A stretch of 64,000 nucleotides of DNA from Isurus oxyrinchus (taxonomy: Eukaryota). Positions 25,900-38,899 of the stretch are shown here, in pieces. Under the pieces are notes generated by a model. The model ran no database searches. It saw only the letters and a program-made list of their open reading frames with translations, and had not been told where the DNA came from. Location of the stretch: assembly GCA_026770705.1 (NCBI GenBank), contig JANJGN010000546.1, positions 62,001 through 126,000 of the forward strand. Direction: 5' to 3'. Made by a program: the position numbers and the translations under genes. The number at the start of each line of letters is the position of its first letter. Position 1 is the first letter of the stretch.

Positions 25900-28800
25900 A
25901 CGCAGTACTGAAGAGGTGCTGCACTGTCAGAGGGTCAGTACTGAGGGAGTGCTGCACTGTCAGAGGGTCAGTACTGAGGGAGTGCTGCACTGTCAGAGGG
26001 TCATTACTGAGGGAGTGCTGCACTGTCAGAGGGTCAGTACTGAGGGAGTGCTGCACTGTCAGAGGGTCAGTACTGAGGGAGTGCTGCACTGTCAGAGGGT
26101 CAGTACTGAGGGAGTGCTGCACTGTCAGAGGGTCAGTACTGAGGGAGTGCTGCACTGTCAGAGGGTCAGTACTGAGGGAGTGCTGCACTGTCAGAGGGTC
26201 AGTACTGAGGCAATGCTGCACTGTCAGAGGGTCAGTACTGAGGGAGTGCTGCACTGTCAGAGGGTCAGTACTGAGGGAGTGCTGCACTGTCGGAGGGTCA
26301 GTACTGAGGGAGTGCTGCACTGTCGGAGGGTCAGTACTGAGGGAGTGCTGCACTGTCAGAGGGTCAGTACTGAGGGAGTGCTGCACTGTCAGAGGGTCAG
26401 TACTGAGGGAGTGCTGCACTGTCAGAGGGTCAGTACTGAGGGAGTGCTGCACTGTCAGAGGGTCAGTACTGAGGGAGTGCTGCACTGTCAGAGGGTCAGT
26501 ACTGAGGGAGTGCTGCACTGTCAGAGGGTCAATACTGAGGGAGTGCTGCACTGTCAGAGGGTCAGTACTGAGGGAGTGCTGCACTGTCAGAGGGTCATTA
26601 CTGAGGGAGTGCTGCGCTGTCAGAGGGTCAGTACTGAGGGAGTGCTGCACTGTCAGAGGGTCAGTACTGAGGGAGTGCTGCACTGTCAGAGGGTCAGTAC
26701 TGAGGGAGTGCTGCACTGTCAGAGGGTCAGTACTGAGGGAGTGCTGCACTGTCAGAGGGTCAGTACTGAAGCAATGCTGCACTGTCAGAGGGTCAGTACT
26801 GAGGGAGTGCTGCACTGTCAGAGGGTCAGTACTGAGGGAGTGCTGTACTATCGGTGGGTCAGTACTGAGGGAGTGCTGCACTGCCAGAAGTTCAGTACTG
26901 AGGGAGTGTTGCACTATCGGTGGGTCAGTACTGAGGGAGTGCTGCACTGTCAGAGGGTCAGTACTGAGGGAGTGCTGCACTGTCAGAGGGTCAGTACTGA
27001 GGGAGTGCTGCACTGTCAGAGGGTCATTACAGAGGGAGTGCTGCACTGTCAGAGGGTCAGTACTGAGGGAGTGCTGCACTGTCAGAGGGTCAGTACTGAG
27101 GGAGTGCTGCACTGTCAGAGGGTCAGTACTGAGGGAGTGCTGCACTGTCAGAGGGTCAGTACTGAGGGAGTGCTGCACTGTCAGAGGGTCAGTACTGAAG
27201 CAATGCTGCACTGTCAGAGGGTCAGTACTGAGGGAGTGCTGCACTGTCAGAGGGTCAGTACTGAGGGAGTGCTGTACTATCGGTGGGTCAGTACTGAGGG
27301 AGTGCTGCACTGCCAGAAGTTCAGTAGTGAGGGAGTGTTGCACTATCGGTGGGTCAGTACTGAGGGAGTGCTGCACTGTCAGAGGGTCAGTACTGAGGGA
27401 GTGCTGCACTGTCAGAGGGTCAGTACTGAGGGAGTGCTGCACTGTCAGAGGGTCATTACTGAGGGAGTGCTGCACTGTCAGAGGGTCAGTACTGAGGGAG
27501 TGATGCACTGTCAGAGGGTCAGTACTGAGGGAGTGCTGCACTGTCAGAGGGTCAGTACTGAGGGAGTGCTGCACTGTCAGAGGGTCATTACTGAGGGAGT
27601 GCTGCACTGTCAGAGGGTCAGTACTGAGGGAGTGATGCACTGTCAGAGGGTCAGTACTGAGGGAGTGCTGCACTGTCAGAGGGTCAGTATTGAGGGAGTG
27701 CTGCACTGTCAGAGGGTCAGTATTGAGGGAGTGCTGCACTGTCAGAGGGTCAGTACTGAGGGAGTGCTGCACTGTCAGAGGGTCATTACTGAGGGAGTGC
27801 TGCACTGTCAGAGGGTCAGTACTGAGGGAGTGCTGCACTGTCAGAGGGTCAGTACTGAGGGAGTGTTGCACTGTCAGAGGGTCAGTACTGAGGGAGTGCT
27901 GCACTGTCAGAGGGTCAGTATTGAGGGAGTGCTGCACTGTCAGAGGGTCAGTACTGAAGCAATGCTGCACTGTCAGAGGGTCAGTACTGAGGGAGTGCTG
28001 CACTGTCAGAGGGTCAGTACTGAGGGAGTGCTGTACTATCGGTGGGTCAGTACTGAGGGAGTGCTGCACTGCCAGAAGTTCAGTACTGAGGGAGTGCTGC
28101 ACTGTCAGAGGGTCAGTACTGAGGGAGTGCTGCGAAGTCAGAGGGTCAGTACTGAAGCAATGCTGCACTGTCAAAGGGTCAATATTGAGGGAGTGCTGCA
28201 CTGTAAGAGGGTCAGTACTGAGGGAGTGCTGCACAGTAAGAGGGTCAGAATTGAGGGAGTGCTGCACTGTCAGAGGGTCAGAAGTGAGGGAGTGCTGCAC
28301 TGTCATAGGGTCAGTACTGAGTGAGTGCTGCACTGTCAGAGGGTCAGTACTGAGGGAGTGCTGCACTGTCAGTGAGTCAGTATTGAGGGAGTGCTGCACT
28401 GTCAGAGGGTCAGTATTGAGGGAGTGCTGCACTGCCAGAAGTTCAGTACTGAGGGAGTGCTGCACTGTCAGTGAGTCAGTATTGAGGCAGTGCTGCACTG
28501 TCAGAGGGTCAGTACTGAGGGATTGCTTCACTATCGGTGGGTCAGAACTGAAGGAGTGCTGCACTGTCAGTGAGTCAGTATTGAGGGAGTGCTGCACTGT
28601 CAGTGAGTCAGTATTGAGGGAGTGCTGCACTATCGGTGGGTCAGTACTGAGGGAGTGCTGCACTGTCAGAGGGTCAGTACTGAGGGAGTGCTGCACTGTC
28701 AGAGGGTCAGTACTGAAGCAATGCTGCACTGTCAGAGGGTCAGTACTGAGGGAGTGCTGCACTGCCAGAAGTTCAGTACTGAGGGAGTGTTGCACTATCG

Positions 28801-30712
28801 GTGGGTCAGTACTGAGGGAGTGCTGCACTGTCAGAGGGTCAGTACTGAGGGAGTGCTGCACTGTCAGAGGGTCAGTACTGATGGAGTGCTGCACTGTCAG
28901 AGGGTCATTACTGAGGGAGTGCTGCACTGTCAGAGGGTCAGTACTGAGGGAGTGCTGCACTGTCAGAGGGTCAGTACTGAGGGAGTGCTGCACTGTCAGA
29001 GGGTCAGTACTGAGGGAGTGCTGCACTGTCAGAGGGTCAGTACTGAGGGAGTGCTGCACTGTCAGAGGGTCAGTACTGAAGCAATGCTGCACTGTCAGAG
29101 GGTCAGTACTGAGGGAGTGCTGTACTATCGGTGGGTCAGTACTGAGGGAGTGCTGCACTGTCAGTGAGTCAGTATTGAGGGAGTGCTGCACTGTCAGAGG
29201 GTCAGTATTGAGGGAGTGCTGCACTGCCAGAAGTTCAGTACTGAGGGAGTGCTGCACTGTCAGTGAGTCAGTATTGAGGCAGTGCTGCACTGTCAGAGTG
29301 TCAGTACTGAGGGATTGCTTCACTATCGGTGGGTCAGAACTGAAGGAGTGCTGCACTGTCAGTGAGTCAGTATTGAGGGAGTGCTGCACTGTCAGAGGGT
29401 CAGTACTGAGGGAGTGCTGTACTGCCAGAAGTTCAGTACTGAGGGAGTGCTGCACTGTCAGAGAGTCAGTATTGATGGAGTGCTGCACTGTCAGAGGATC
29501 AGTACTGAAGCAATGCTGCACTGTCAGAGGGTCAGTTTTGAGGGAGTGCTGCACTGTCAGAGGGTCAGTACTGAGGGAGTGCTGCACTGTCAGAGGGTCA
29601 TTACTGAGGGAGTGCTGCACTGTCAGAGGGTCAGTACTGAGGGAGTGCTGCACTGTCAGAGGGTCAGTACTGAGGGAGTGCTGCACTGTCAGAGGGTCAG
29701 TACTGAGGGAGTGCTGCACTGTCAGAGGGTCAGTACTGAGGGAGTGCTGCACTGTCAGAGGGTCAGTACTGAAGCAATGCTGCACTGTCAGAGGGTCAGT
29801 ACTGAGGGAGTGCTGCACTGTCAGAGGGTCAGTACTGAGGGAGTGCTGTACTATCGGTGGGTCAGTACTGAGGGAGTGCTGCACTGCCAGAAGTTCAGTA
29901 CTGAGGGAGTGCTGCACTGTCAGAGGGTCAGTACTGAGGGAGTGCTGCACAGTAAGAGGGTCAGTACTGAAGAGGTGCTGCACTGTCAGAGGGTCAGTAC
30001 TGAAGCAATGCTGCACTGTCAGAGGGTCAGTATTGAGGGAGTGCTGCACTGTCAGAGGGTCAGTACTGAAGCAATGCTGCACTGTCAGAGGGTCAGTACT
30101 GAGGGAGTGCTGCATTGTCAGAGGGTCAGTACTGAGGGAGTGCTGCACTATCAGAGGGTCAGTACTGAGGGAGTGCTGCACTGTCAGAGGGTCAGTACTG
30201 AGGCAATGCTGCACTGTCAGTGGGTCAGTATTGAGGGAGTGATGCACTGTCATAGGGTCAGTACTGAGGGAGTGCTGAACTGTCATAGGTTCAGTACTGA
30301 GTGAGTGCTGCACTGTCAGAGGGTCAGTACTGAGAGGGTGCTGCACTGTCAGAGGGTCAATGCTGAGGGAGTGCTGCACTGTGGGAGAGACAGTACTGAG
30401 GGAGTGCTGCACTGTCGGAGGGTCAGTACTGAGGCAGAGCTGCACTGTCAGAGGGTCAGTACTGAGGGAGTGCTGTACTAATGGTGGGTCAGTACTGAGG
30501 GAGTGCTGCACTGCCAGAAGTTCAGTACTGAGCGAATGCTGCATTATCGGTGGGTCAGTACTGAGGGAGTGCTGCACTGTCAGAGGGTCAGTACTGAGGA
30601 AGTGTTGCACTGTCAGAGGGTCAGTACTGAGGGAGTGCTAAACTGTCAGAGGGTCAGTACTGAGGGAGTGCTGAACTGTCAGAGGGTCAGTACTGAGGGA
30701 GTGCTGGACTGT
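25900..30712. repeat. 4.8-kb 33-bp satellite array with higher-order periodicity
   Basis: About 145 units; variant monomers recur at 429-bp and 792-bp spacings. Confidence 0.97.
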
Positions 30713-30719
30713 GAATTAT

Positions 30720-30950
30720 TGGAATCTGTCTTTATAAAGTCACAACATCAACAAAGGACGGTGTTGGTGGTGGAAGTGAATTCCAATCGTTCCGTTACTT
30801 ACCCAGGACCTGTCCGACTGCTCGCCTGGGGAGGAACTGCCCACACGCTCTGCTTGGGCTGAATGACCTCTTCCTGTGCCGCTCCCTCTGTGTATTTAAT
30901 GAGAAAGGATGGATGTGTCACTTTGAGACAAAGTGGGAGGTGTTTGCTGT
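30720..30950 (-). promoter_or_regulatory. Orphan exon 1/promoter copy with no downstream leader exon
   Basis: Near-identical to about 24052-24260 and 37050-37258; donor at 30803/30802; runs into satellite. Confidence 0.7.
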
Positions 30951-31019
30951 CAAAGTATGAAAGCAAACTGTTAACCCTTGGAGTGCCAAGGCTGTGTCCG
31001 AATGTGATTAAACTTTTTC

Positions 31020-31810
31020 CCATGTAACAGGCTCGAGGGGCTGAATGGCCTCCTCCTGTTCCTGTGTAATGGGATTGAGGGGGCTGAATGGGCCCCTCAT
31101 GTTCATGTGTAACAGGCTCAAGGGGTTGAACGGCCTCCTCCTTTTCTTTTCTTACAAGCTCGAGAGGCTGAATGGGCCTCCTCCTGTTCCTGTGTCATAG
31201 GCTCGATGGGCTGAATGGGCCTCCTCCTGTTCCTCTGTCACAGGCTCGATGGGCTGAATGGGCCTCCTCCTGTTCCTGTGTCACAGGCTTGAGGGGGCTG
31301 AATGGTCCTCTTCCTGTTCCTGTGTAACAGGCTCGAGGGGGCTGAATGGGCCTCCTCCTGTTCCTGTGTAACAGGCTCGAGGGGGCTGAGTGGGCCTCCT
31401 CCTGTTCCTGTGTAACAGGCTCGAGGGGGCTGAGTGGGCCTCCTCCTGTTGCTGTGTAACAGGCTCAAGGGGCTGAATGGGCCTCCTCCTGTTCCTGTGT
31501 AACAGGCTCAAAGGGCTGAATGGCCTCCTCCTTTCTTCTGTGTAACAGACTCGAGGCGGCTGAATGGGCCTCCTCCTGTTCCTGTGTAACAGGCTCGAGG
31601 GGGCTGAATGGCCCTCCTCCTGTTACTGTGTAACCGGCTCGAGGGGGCTGAATGGGCCTCCTCCTGTTCCTGTGTAACAGGCTCGAGGAGCTGAATGGGC
31701 CTCCTCCTGTTCCTGTGTAACAGGCTCGAGGAGCTGAATGGGCCTCCTCCTGTTGCTGTGTAACAGGCTCGAGGGGCTGAATGGGGCCTCCTCCTTTCTT
31801 CTGTGTAAAT
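31020..31810. repeat. ~42-43-bp minisatellite (TGTAACAGGCTCGAGGGGCTGAATGGGCCTCCTCCTGTTCCTG) resembling the CR1/SINE 3' tail
   Basis: Tandem units; same motif at 61570-61760 and similar to the CR1 end near 11610-11630. Confidence 0.9.
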
Positions 31811-32886
31811 GGCCAGTCCAAAGGATGTGTTTGATGCTGGGGTTAATGGCCTCCAACACAATCCTGTCCTCACATGATTAACTTAGTTAGTGACTGGTTA
31901 CTGGTTAATGCAGGAGGACTATTTATTTTCCCAATCTTTTATCCATGTGTCTGGTTAGGATCTTTTCATCAAACACAGAGCAGAACCAGGATCGAGGATG
32001 TTGGTGTCTGAAATCTGTAACACATCGCACAGTCCGCCCATTCACTCAGCCTTCAGGATGGAGGCTAATTGTTCTTTCAAAAACTGAAAGACTGAAATGG
32101 TTGTAAGTTGTAGCTTTAGCTCATTCTGTTGTCCAAGCTGTTTCAGCCATCCAGGATACAGTGAAAAACGTACATTTGCAAGCAACTTTTCACATCATAG
32201 CTCCCTCTGTTCACAATGACATTGGCAACATCAATGTAAACATGTCACGCTGTAATGACATCCTCCCACCAGTGCTGGCACTGTAGCACACCTGTTTTCC
32301 TCTGTGTTGTCGGAAGTCTACCAATTCTCCAATCAAATTGTTTCCCTTTCCCAGGCTGCGATTAGTTTAATATTAAACAATAACTCATAAAATACACATG
32401 TTCTCTGAACATATGTTTGACTGCAAAATGGTGAATAAATTGTAGGGATCTGCTCTGGTCCAATTATCCACTGATCCTGCATTTCCTGAAGTCTACACTG
32501 GCTGATGAATATTCTGTAAACACTGACAGACAGGAAGGTGAATAACAGAATGAAAATTAACTCATAATCACGGACACGGGATTGAATTTGTCCGTTCTGT
32601 CCTGGTACATCATCGAACGATATCTAAAGACATTTACAATCAGAATGGAGAGAAGGATGTTTCCAACAGGGAGGGACAATTCTGAAGGAGGATGTTCGAA
32701 TTGAAACCCACAGACAATCATCCTGGATAGATCATTCCGAAGAAATTCCATCAGATTGTAACAAGAGGTTTAAATCTATTTCCTGGGAGTGAGTTCCTGT
32801 GGATATTAGGAAGGTAAATTGGAGTTTTGAATGATTCTCCCATTCTGTATTCTCCCCACACTGTGTGTGTCTCATTCTTGCTCAGT

Positions 32887-33003
32887 TTATAAATTCCCAT
32901 AAACAGAATCCTTGGCAAATTCACAGTTTGCGTAAAGATCATCATCTGTATCAGGACTGACTCCGCGGTTAGATTTCATTTCCAGATCCTTCTCATCTTT
33001 CTT
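32887..33003 (-). CDS. Orphan terminal cytoplasmic exon KKDEKDLEMKSNRGVSPDTDDDLYANCEFAKDSVYGNL*
   Basis: TCTGTTTCTATTACAG acceptor, phase 0, 39 codons including TAA, two Tyr motifs. AATAAA on minus at 31922-31927. Confidence 0.7.
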   Translation of the reverse strand, partial: KKDEKDLEMKSNRGVSPDTDDDLYANCEFAKDSVYGNL

Positions 33004-33119
33004 CTGTAATAGAAACAGAAATGATCAGAGTGACAATCAGAGTGATCAGTGTTTAGTATTATTGATCCAAATCAAAAATTCCACCCACAATACATACATT
33101 AATTATTGATACTATTGGA

Positions 33120-36100
33120 TGCTGGTCACGAGTTTGTTGGGACTTATGGATCCAGGCTTGTTTTGGAGAGGCTGAGTAGGTACAATAGACAGAGTAGATC
33201 AGCAGACAGTTCTTAGATGAAACACATTCTGCTTATTTACAAAGGAACTCAGCAGCTACACTTGTGTGCTTTCAACTCAAGCCCTGTCTCCGCATTACAG
33301 GCTCTAACTAAAGGTGACCGACTACTGAGGTACCTGCGCCACTCGGCTGTTGGACACGGATATAAGAGTTAAACAGGGACTTCTATTAGTGAAAACCAAA
33401 GGTCAGCAGAATTCTCCAGGTGAACCTTGTGCACCATGGGGCTGACATCAGCAGAACTCTCCAGAAAGGCCTTGAAGATCACGAGGGATTAACTCGAGAA
33501 GAGACATAAAGAGATGCTGAGGGTAAACAGATAAGGTAAAGGCAAACAGCACCAGGCTAGAACGAGATAAACAGCTCTTGCTTGGGTAAGGAGCAGATAT
33601 GTACCTGGGACTGGGAACATATGCTTATTATGTGATTATGTACTGACAAGATTTGAATTTAAATAACCCAATGTGTACGTGACTAACTCTGTGAACAAAA
33701 AAGATGGTTTCCCTGTAATGGGTAGAGTTCTGTTTTTAGCCAGGCCTGAGGTTGATTCTGAGAACACACCACAACACTGAGCTCATGTTATCTTCCATTG
33801 TAACCTTCTTCTTAAAGGTATATCACACATCAGATTACCACCACCCTCCCCCTTTACTCAGAAATACATTTTACACTTACTTTTACCATTTTCTCAAAGT
33901 ATCAAATGATTTACACAGATCAGTAATTTACAAATTCAGTCTTTCTGGGGGGTTTCCTTATGCGTCTGGAACGTCTCAGATCCACAGCTTCAGATGCTTT
34001 GTCAGGAGTCTCCTTTTCTGATGTTGTCCCAACACCAGCTTCTTCGGTGGACACCTGCAAACCTGTTTCCTCAACTCTTGCAGGTACAACGGACCCTTCA
34101 GACACATCTGTTCTCAGCTGAGTTCTTTCAACAGGAGACATAGACGCAGCCGTGAAGACTGGTGGGAATGTTTCTTGGTACTTTGTTTCTCTCCTCCTTA
34201 TATGACCCACATGTCTCCATATGACTCGGTCTTCCACTTTCACATGGTGAGAAAGAGTTCCAATCGCTGCATTTATTTCACCCGGTGACCACTTTGGCCC
34301 CTCTCTAAAATCCTTCACATATACCGTCTCTCCTACGGTCAGCTTCCTGTCATGACTATGCCAGTCATGTCCAGTTTCCTGTCTTCCTGGACTCCTTTCC
34401 ACCTTCCCGCTGACATTTAGCATGACTGATGTTGCAAATGTGACGTGAGAAAAAACTTTTTCACACAACTAAGTTTTGGGCCTGGATTGCACGGCCTGGA
34501 AGTGTTGTGGAGGCAGGTTCAATCGAGGCATTCAGGAGGGCATTAGATGGTTATTTGGATAGAGAAAAGGTGCAGGGGCATGGGGAAAGGCAGGGCAATG
34601 ACACTAGGTCATGATGCTCATTTGGAGAGCTGGGATAGACACGATGGGCTGAATGGCCTCCTGCTGTGCCATTAAGACTCTGTGATCCTGCAGAGGAGAC
34701 TCTGAAAGGCAAACCGGTTTATTGATACAACCCTTTGTGTGTATTAATTGTGACAAACTTCTGGGAGGCCTTCTCGAACTCCAATTGTTGATAAGCATGG
34801 CTCATATCAGCTCCGTGTAGGCCGTTCCAGTCAATTCTTGTCATCTCCACAAACACTTTGGCCAGGCTCAGGTCCAGGGACTATTGGTGCTGCCCATTCT
34901 GAGGACTGCACAGATTGTATCACTCCCAGTTTCTAGAACCTGCCCAATTCAGCATCTGCCTTTTCCCACATTGCATAAGGTACTGGCCGTGCCTTCATAA
35001 ATCAGAGGGGTAGAGTCTGGATCCACATGAATTTTTGCTTGCAGCCCCTGGATCTCCCCGAGTTCATCTTGGAAAACTGAGATGTATTTTTGTAGTAGCT
35101 CAGGTTGCCCACTGGCTCTCAGTTGGAAGATCTCAGACCAATCCAGTTTAATATCTTTCAGCCAGTTTCGTCCAAGGAGGCTTGGTCCCTCACCAGCTCC
35201 CATCATCAAGGGTCATTTTACTGATTGACTTCCATACTGTATAACAACCCTGCTTATGTCTTTGGCTTGAATGTCTTCTCCCGTGTGAGTTTTCAATTAG
35301 TCATCTGTTTCTTCCAAATTTAATTGACTTTCCCCATGATTCCAGTATTTGAAAGTATGCTCACCAATTAGCGTAATGTTAGCTCCTGTGTCCACCCCCA
35401 TTCTGAGAGCTCTATCATTCACCCTCACTGTTACATAGATTGGCTCTGTTCTTCCTACCTTTAAATTATACAATGAATAACTATCTGAATCTGTTACTTC
35501 AGGCTCTTCTATGTTATGGATCTCACAGGGTTTTCTCTCTTGATTGAAACTCTGCCTGATTCTATCCTTGCAATCTCTCATGGGCTCTCTGTTTCGATGA
35601 CAGTAAAAACAATTGATTTTTTTAAAGTTCCATTCACTACGAGGTTGTCTGCTTCACCTCTGTTCACATTATTCCATGTTTTCTCTGCTAAGTCATTCCT
35701 TTTTATTTGCTGCTAGTGGTGGACGTTTCCCGTTTCTCATCAGAGCTGTACATTTTCCCGCACTTCTTGGCTGAGGCTCCTCACCCAACATGAGGACGGT
35801 GACATTTTGCACTCTCCATATGTTTTTCGAGTCCCTCACTGCTCTTTCCATAGCCAGCACTATTCCCAGAGCTTTCTGAATATCCAAATCTGTTTCAGAC
35901 AGTAATCTCTTCTGAATCGAATCTTCATTTATACTGCACACCAGTTGATCTCTCAGCATATCATTTATAGATTTACCAAACTCACAATGTCCTGTTAACT
36001 GTTTCAGACTTTCCACATAACATGCAGCTGCCTCCCCTGGGACTCTATTTCTTGAGTTAAATTTGGACCGTTGCATCGTTACCGAGGGCTGGGGCTGGGA

Positions 36101-36490
36101 AGGAATCTTCACAAGGTTTACTATATCATCTAAACTTTTTGAATCCATGGCACCGGGTGGCATTAAAGTTCGCATCAATCCCTAAATCTTACTGCCACAC
36201 GTGGATAAGAGGGTCGCTCGCCTCTTCTCCTCCCCATCAATGTCATTCACTTGGAAAAAGAACGCGAGGAGTTCACCATAATGGGACCAATCGCCCACCG
36301 TTGGGTCGAAAGGATCAACTCTTCCAAACTGCAGCATTCTTCGAGGGGACTGCTTCGGTTATTAGGATGGAAATTATATTTATAATCACTGCGTGAGGCA
36401 CAGCCCGATTTCAGTTCCCTTGCTCTCATTCCTTGATTTTTCTTCCTTGTTTTTCACCTCATCACCAGTTTATTCAACCCTTGTCACTAC
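33120..36490 (-). mobile_element. Ty3/Gypsy LTR retrotransposon (gag, protease, partial pol; probable 3' LTR)
   Basis: Gag QRSKFNSR..DMLRDQLVC, protease VDTGA, LLGRNWL, integrase C-terminus VYVKDFREGPKW, PPT near 33840-33860, PBS-like TGGTGATGAG near 36460. Confidence 0.85.
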
Positions 36491-37035
36491 TTTAGTTTGC
36501 ACTCCCTCGGTACTGAGCCTGCGACAGTGCAGCATTCCCTGGGTACGGACCCTCCGACTGTGCAGTGGTCCCTTAGTCATGAGCCCCTGATAGTGCAGCA
36601 GCCCCTAGGTACTGATGCTCGAAAAGTGTAGCGCTCCCTCAGCATTGACCATCTGACAGTGCAGCACTCCTTCAGCACTGGCACACCCAGAGTGCAACAC
36701 TCGCAGTACAGACCCTCCGACAGTGCAGCACTAAGTCAGTGCTGACCGTCCAACAGTGCAACACTCCCTCAGTACTGACTCTCCGACTGTGCAGGACACT
36801 CAGTCCTGACACCGAGTGCTGGTCTGGTTTGCCAGCCTGAATTTTGCCAAATGAATTTCGAACTGACGACCTACTCACTCAGAGAGAGAGAGGGTTCGAA
36901 ATCCAGTGTCCCACAGGAGAATTCCTGGTCAATGACTTTCCGCTTTTGAGCAGAAATATCATCACAAGTCCAGAACGCAAAGGGTTAACAGCTTCAAAAA
37001 ACTCAAAACACGAGCTGTTCTGTCACTTTGATGCA

Positions 37036-37175
37036 ACTTCCTCATTTTGTCTCACAGTGACACATCAACCCTTTCTCATTAAATACACAGAGGGAGCAGC
37101 ACAGGAAGAGGTCATTCAGCCCAAGCAGAGCGTGTGGGCAGTTCCTCCCCAGGCGAGCAGTCGGACAGGTCCTGG
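37036..37175 (+). promoter_or_regulatory. Gene C putative promoter and exon 1
   Basis: ACTTCCTCATTTT PU.1-type motif 37036-37048, TTAAATA 37079-37085, CCTGG|GTAAGT donor. Confidence 0.6.
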
Positions 37176-37583
37176 GTAAGTAACGGAACGATTGGAATTC
37201 ACTTCCACCGCCAACACCGTCCTTTGTTGATGTTGTGACTTTATAAAGACAGATTCCAATGATTGATGCCTTTGAAAGATTTCTACTGATTCTTGAGATC
37301 TGGGTGTGAGGCTCAAGTCTGTTGTACAGAACATCTTTCTAGCTCAAGGGATGATGGAAGTGCAGGGACATGAGCTTTGGGACATCCTGAGGTGGTGAAA
37401 GGTGCTATAGAAATGCAAGTCCTTCATTGATTTATTTTTTTAAAGCTTTTTAACTCTCTGCAGAGCACCTGTCATCCCACAGAGAACCAAATTAGTCTGT
37501 GTAGACATTATGTAAAAGGAGTTCTGATCTCTCGAGAGCTGTCGGACAAGAGGTGAGGTCTCATTAACTCCTTTCTCTTTCAG

Positions 37584-37665
37584 AGTTTGAGAGTCAGAAG
37601 CTAAAGGAATATCTGGGAGTGGACAATAATTGGGAAATATTACTGCCTCCTGTCACTTCTCCAAG
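37584..37665 (+). pseudogene. Gene C leader exon with start codon mutated from ATG to ATA (37626-37628)
   Basis: GGACA-ATA-ATT-GGG-AAA against GGACA-ATG-ATC-GGG-AAA in A and B; in-frame TAA upstream in the same exon. Confidence 0.85.
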
Positions 37666-38530
37666 GTAATATCATCGTCAGCTCAGACAGATTTATGGTT
37701 AATAGTCTTCGTAAAAGATCATTCTTATTGAGCTGTGATTCGGAACCAATTCAGCAGTGACCCAGTGCACAAACTCACACCAACTCCCATTCACCCATCA
37801 CCCCTGTGCTCCCTGATATACACTGACTCCCTGTCTGACAGCAGAATTGGGGGAGTGCAGAGATCACAGATGGTTGTAGGTTTGAGTAGGTTACAGAGAC
37901 AGGGAGTGGAGCGGAGTGATGGAGGGATTGGAAATCAAGTGTGAAAATAATCACATCGAGGTGTTGTTGGACTGGGAGCCAGTGTAGGTCAGCGAGTGAC
38001 TTGTGGGGTCGGGGTGGGTGTGTGCGGAGGTGAAAGCTTGAGTGGAAAATTGGACACAAAATTCAGGGGATGAAGTCTATCTTGTGGCTAGCACTCTGAC
38101 AGCAATGGCCTGAAATTAGTGTCTTTTGCTGATTTTAATCAGAATTTCCCATGAAGACAACACAGCAGCTCCTAGAATAGACAGGCTGTTCAGTGTCACA
38201 CTTCCTGTCCATTCTCACCATGCTAGATACTTCAGTAAGGGAGCAAGATAACTGAAAGAGAGAAGGAAGGTAAAGCTGTCTGTGTGTAAAGGTGTCAATA
38301 TTCAGTTTGCATATTTGTCTTTGCTCTTGACACAGGCAGAGCTCAAGCTAGAGGCACTGTGTTAGTGTGTTTCACAGGGTCTGCTGGAGTAGGGTCAGTG
38401 CTGAGCTTGGGGACAAGTCAGTCTACAATGCTGCATCGGAATCAACAATACAACAATATGGGGTTTGGATCAGAAATAATCCCTTAGACAATGAGGATCC
38501 AGGGTTAAATATTGATATTTCTCTCCACAG

Positions 38531-38899
38531 TTGGACTGTCACAAGAGTGGAAAGGTGAAACTCCACGAGAGGTGACAGCGCAGGAAGGTTCGTGTGTACA
38601 GATTCCATGTCATTACAGTTATCCATCGTGTCTGGAAAACCAACCGCGAGGTGGAGTCTGGTTTAATAATGAGGAACAGATTCCCTGGGCTCCCATTGCC
38701 TTTCACTCCAAGGATCACAGTCACGAGTTACCACGGTTCCACCATCGGACCCGGCTGTCTGGAGACCTGAAAGATGGCGACTGTTCCCTGATTATAAACA
38801 ACATCAGACGGGAAGATGCAGGACCTTATTTTTTCAGAATAGAATTTGACAATGGTCCGAGCCATAACTATTACCCTGTAACCCAGCTTCACGTTTCTG
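38531..38899 (+). CDS. Gene C V-set Ig exon (open frame; GPYFFRIE)
   Basis: CCACAG acceptor, G|GTAAGT donor, 369 nt, close to the gene B V exon. Confidence 0.88.

Noticed and set aside
25895-30610. 1571-aa, 850-aa and 802-aa ORFs and similar (TDPLTVQHSLS)n ORFs elsewhere
   Set aside because: A 33-bp unit that lacks stops in several frames gives ORFs on both strands; the unit appears SINE-derived and has no gene structure
18550-30712. CRISPR-like appearance of the 33-37 bp repeats
   Set aside because: Head-to-tail units with no unique spacers, no cas genes, and the DNA is eukaryotic
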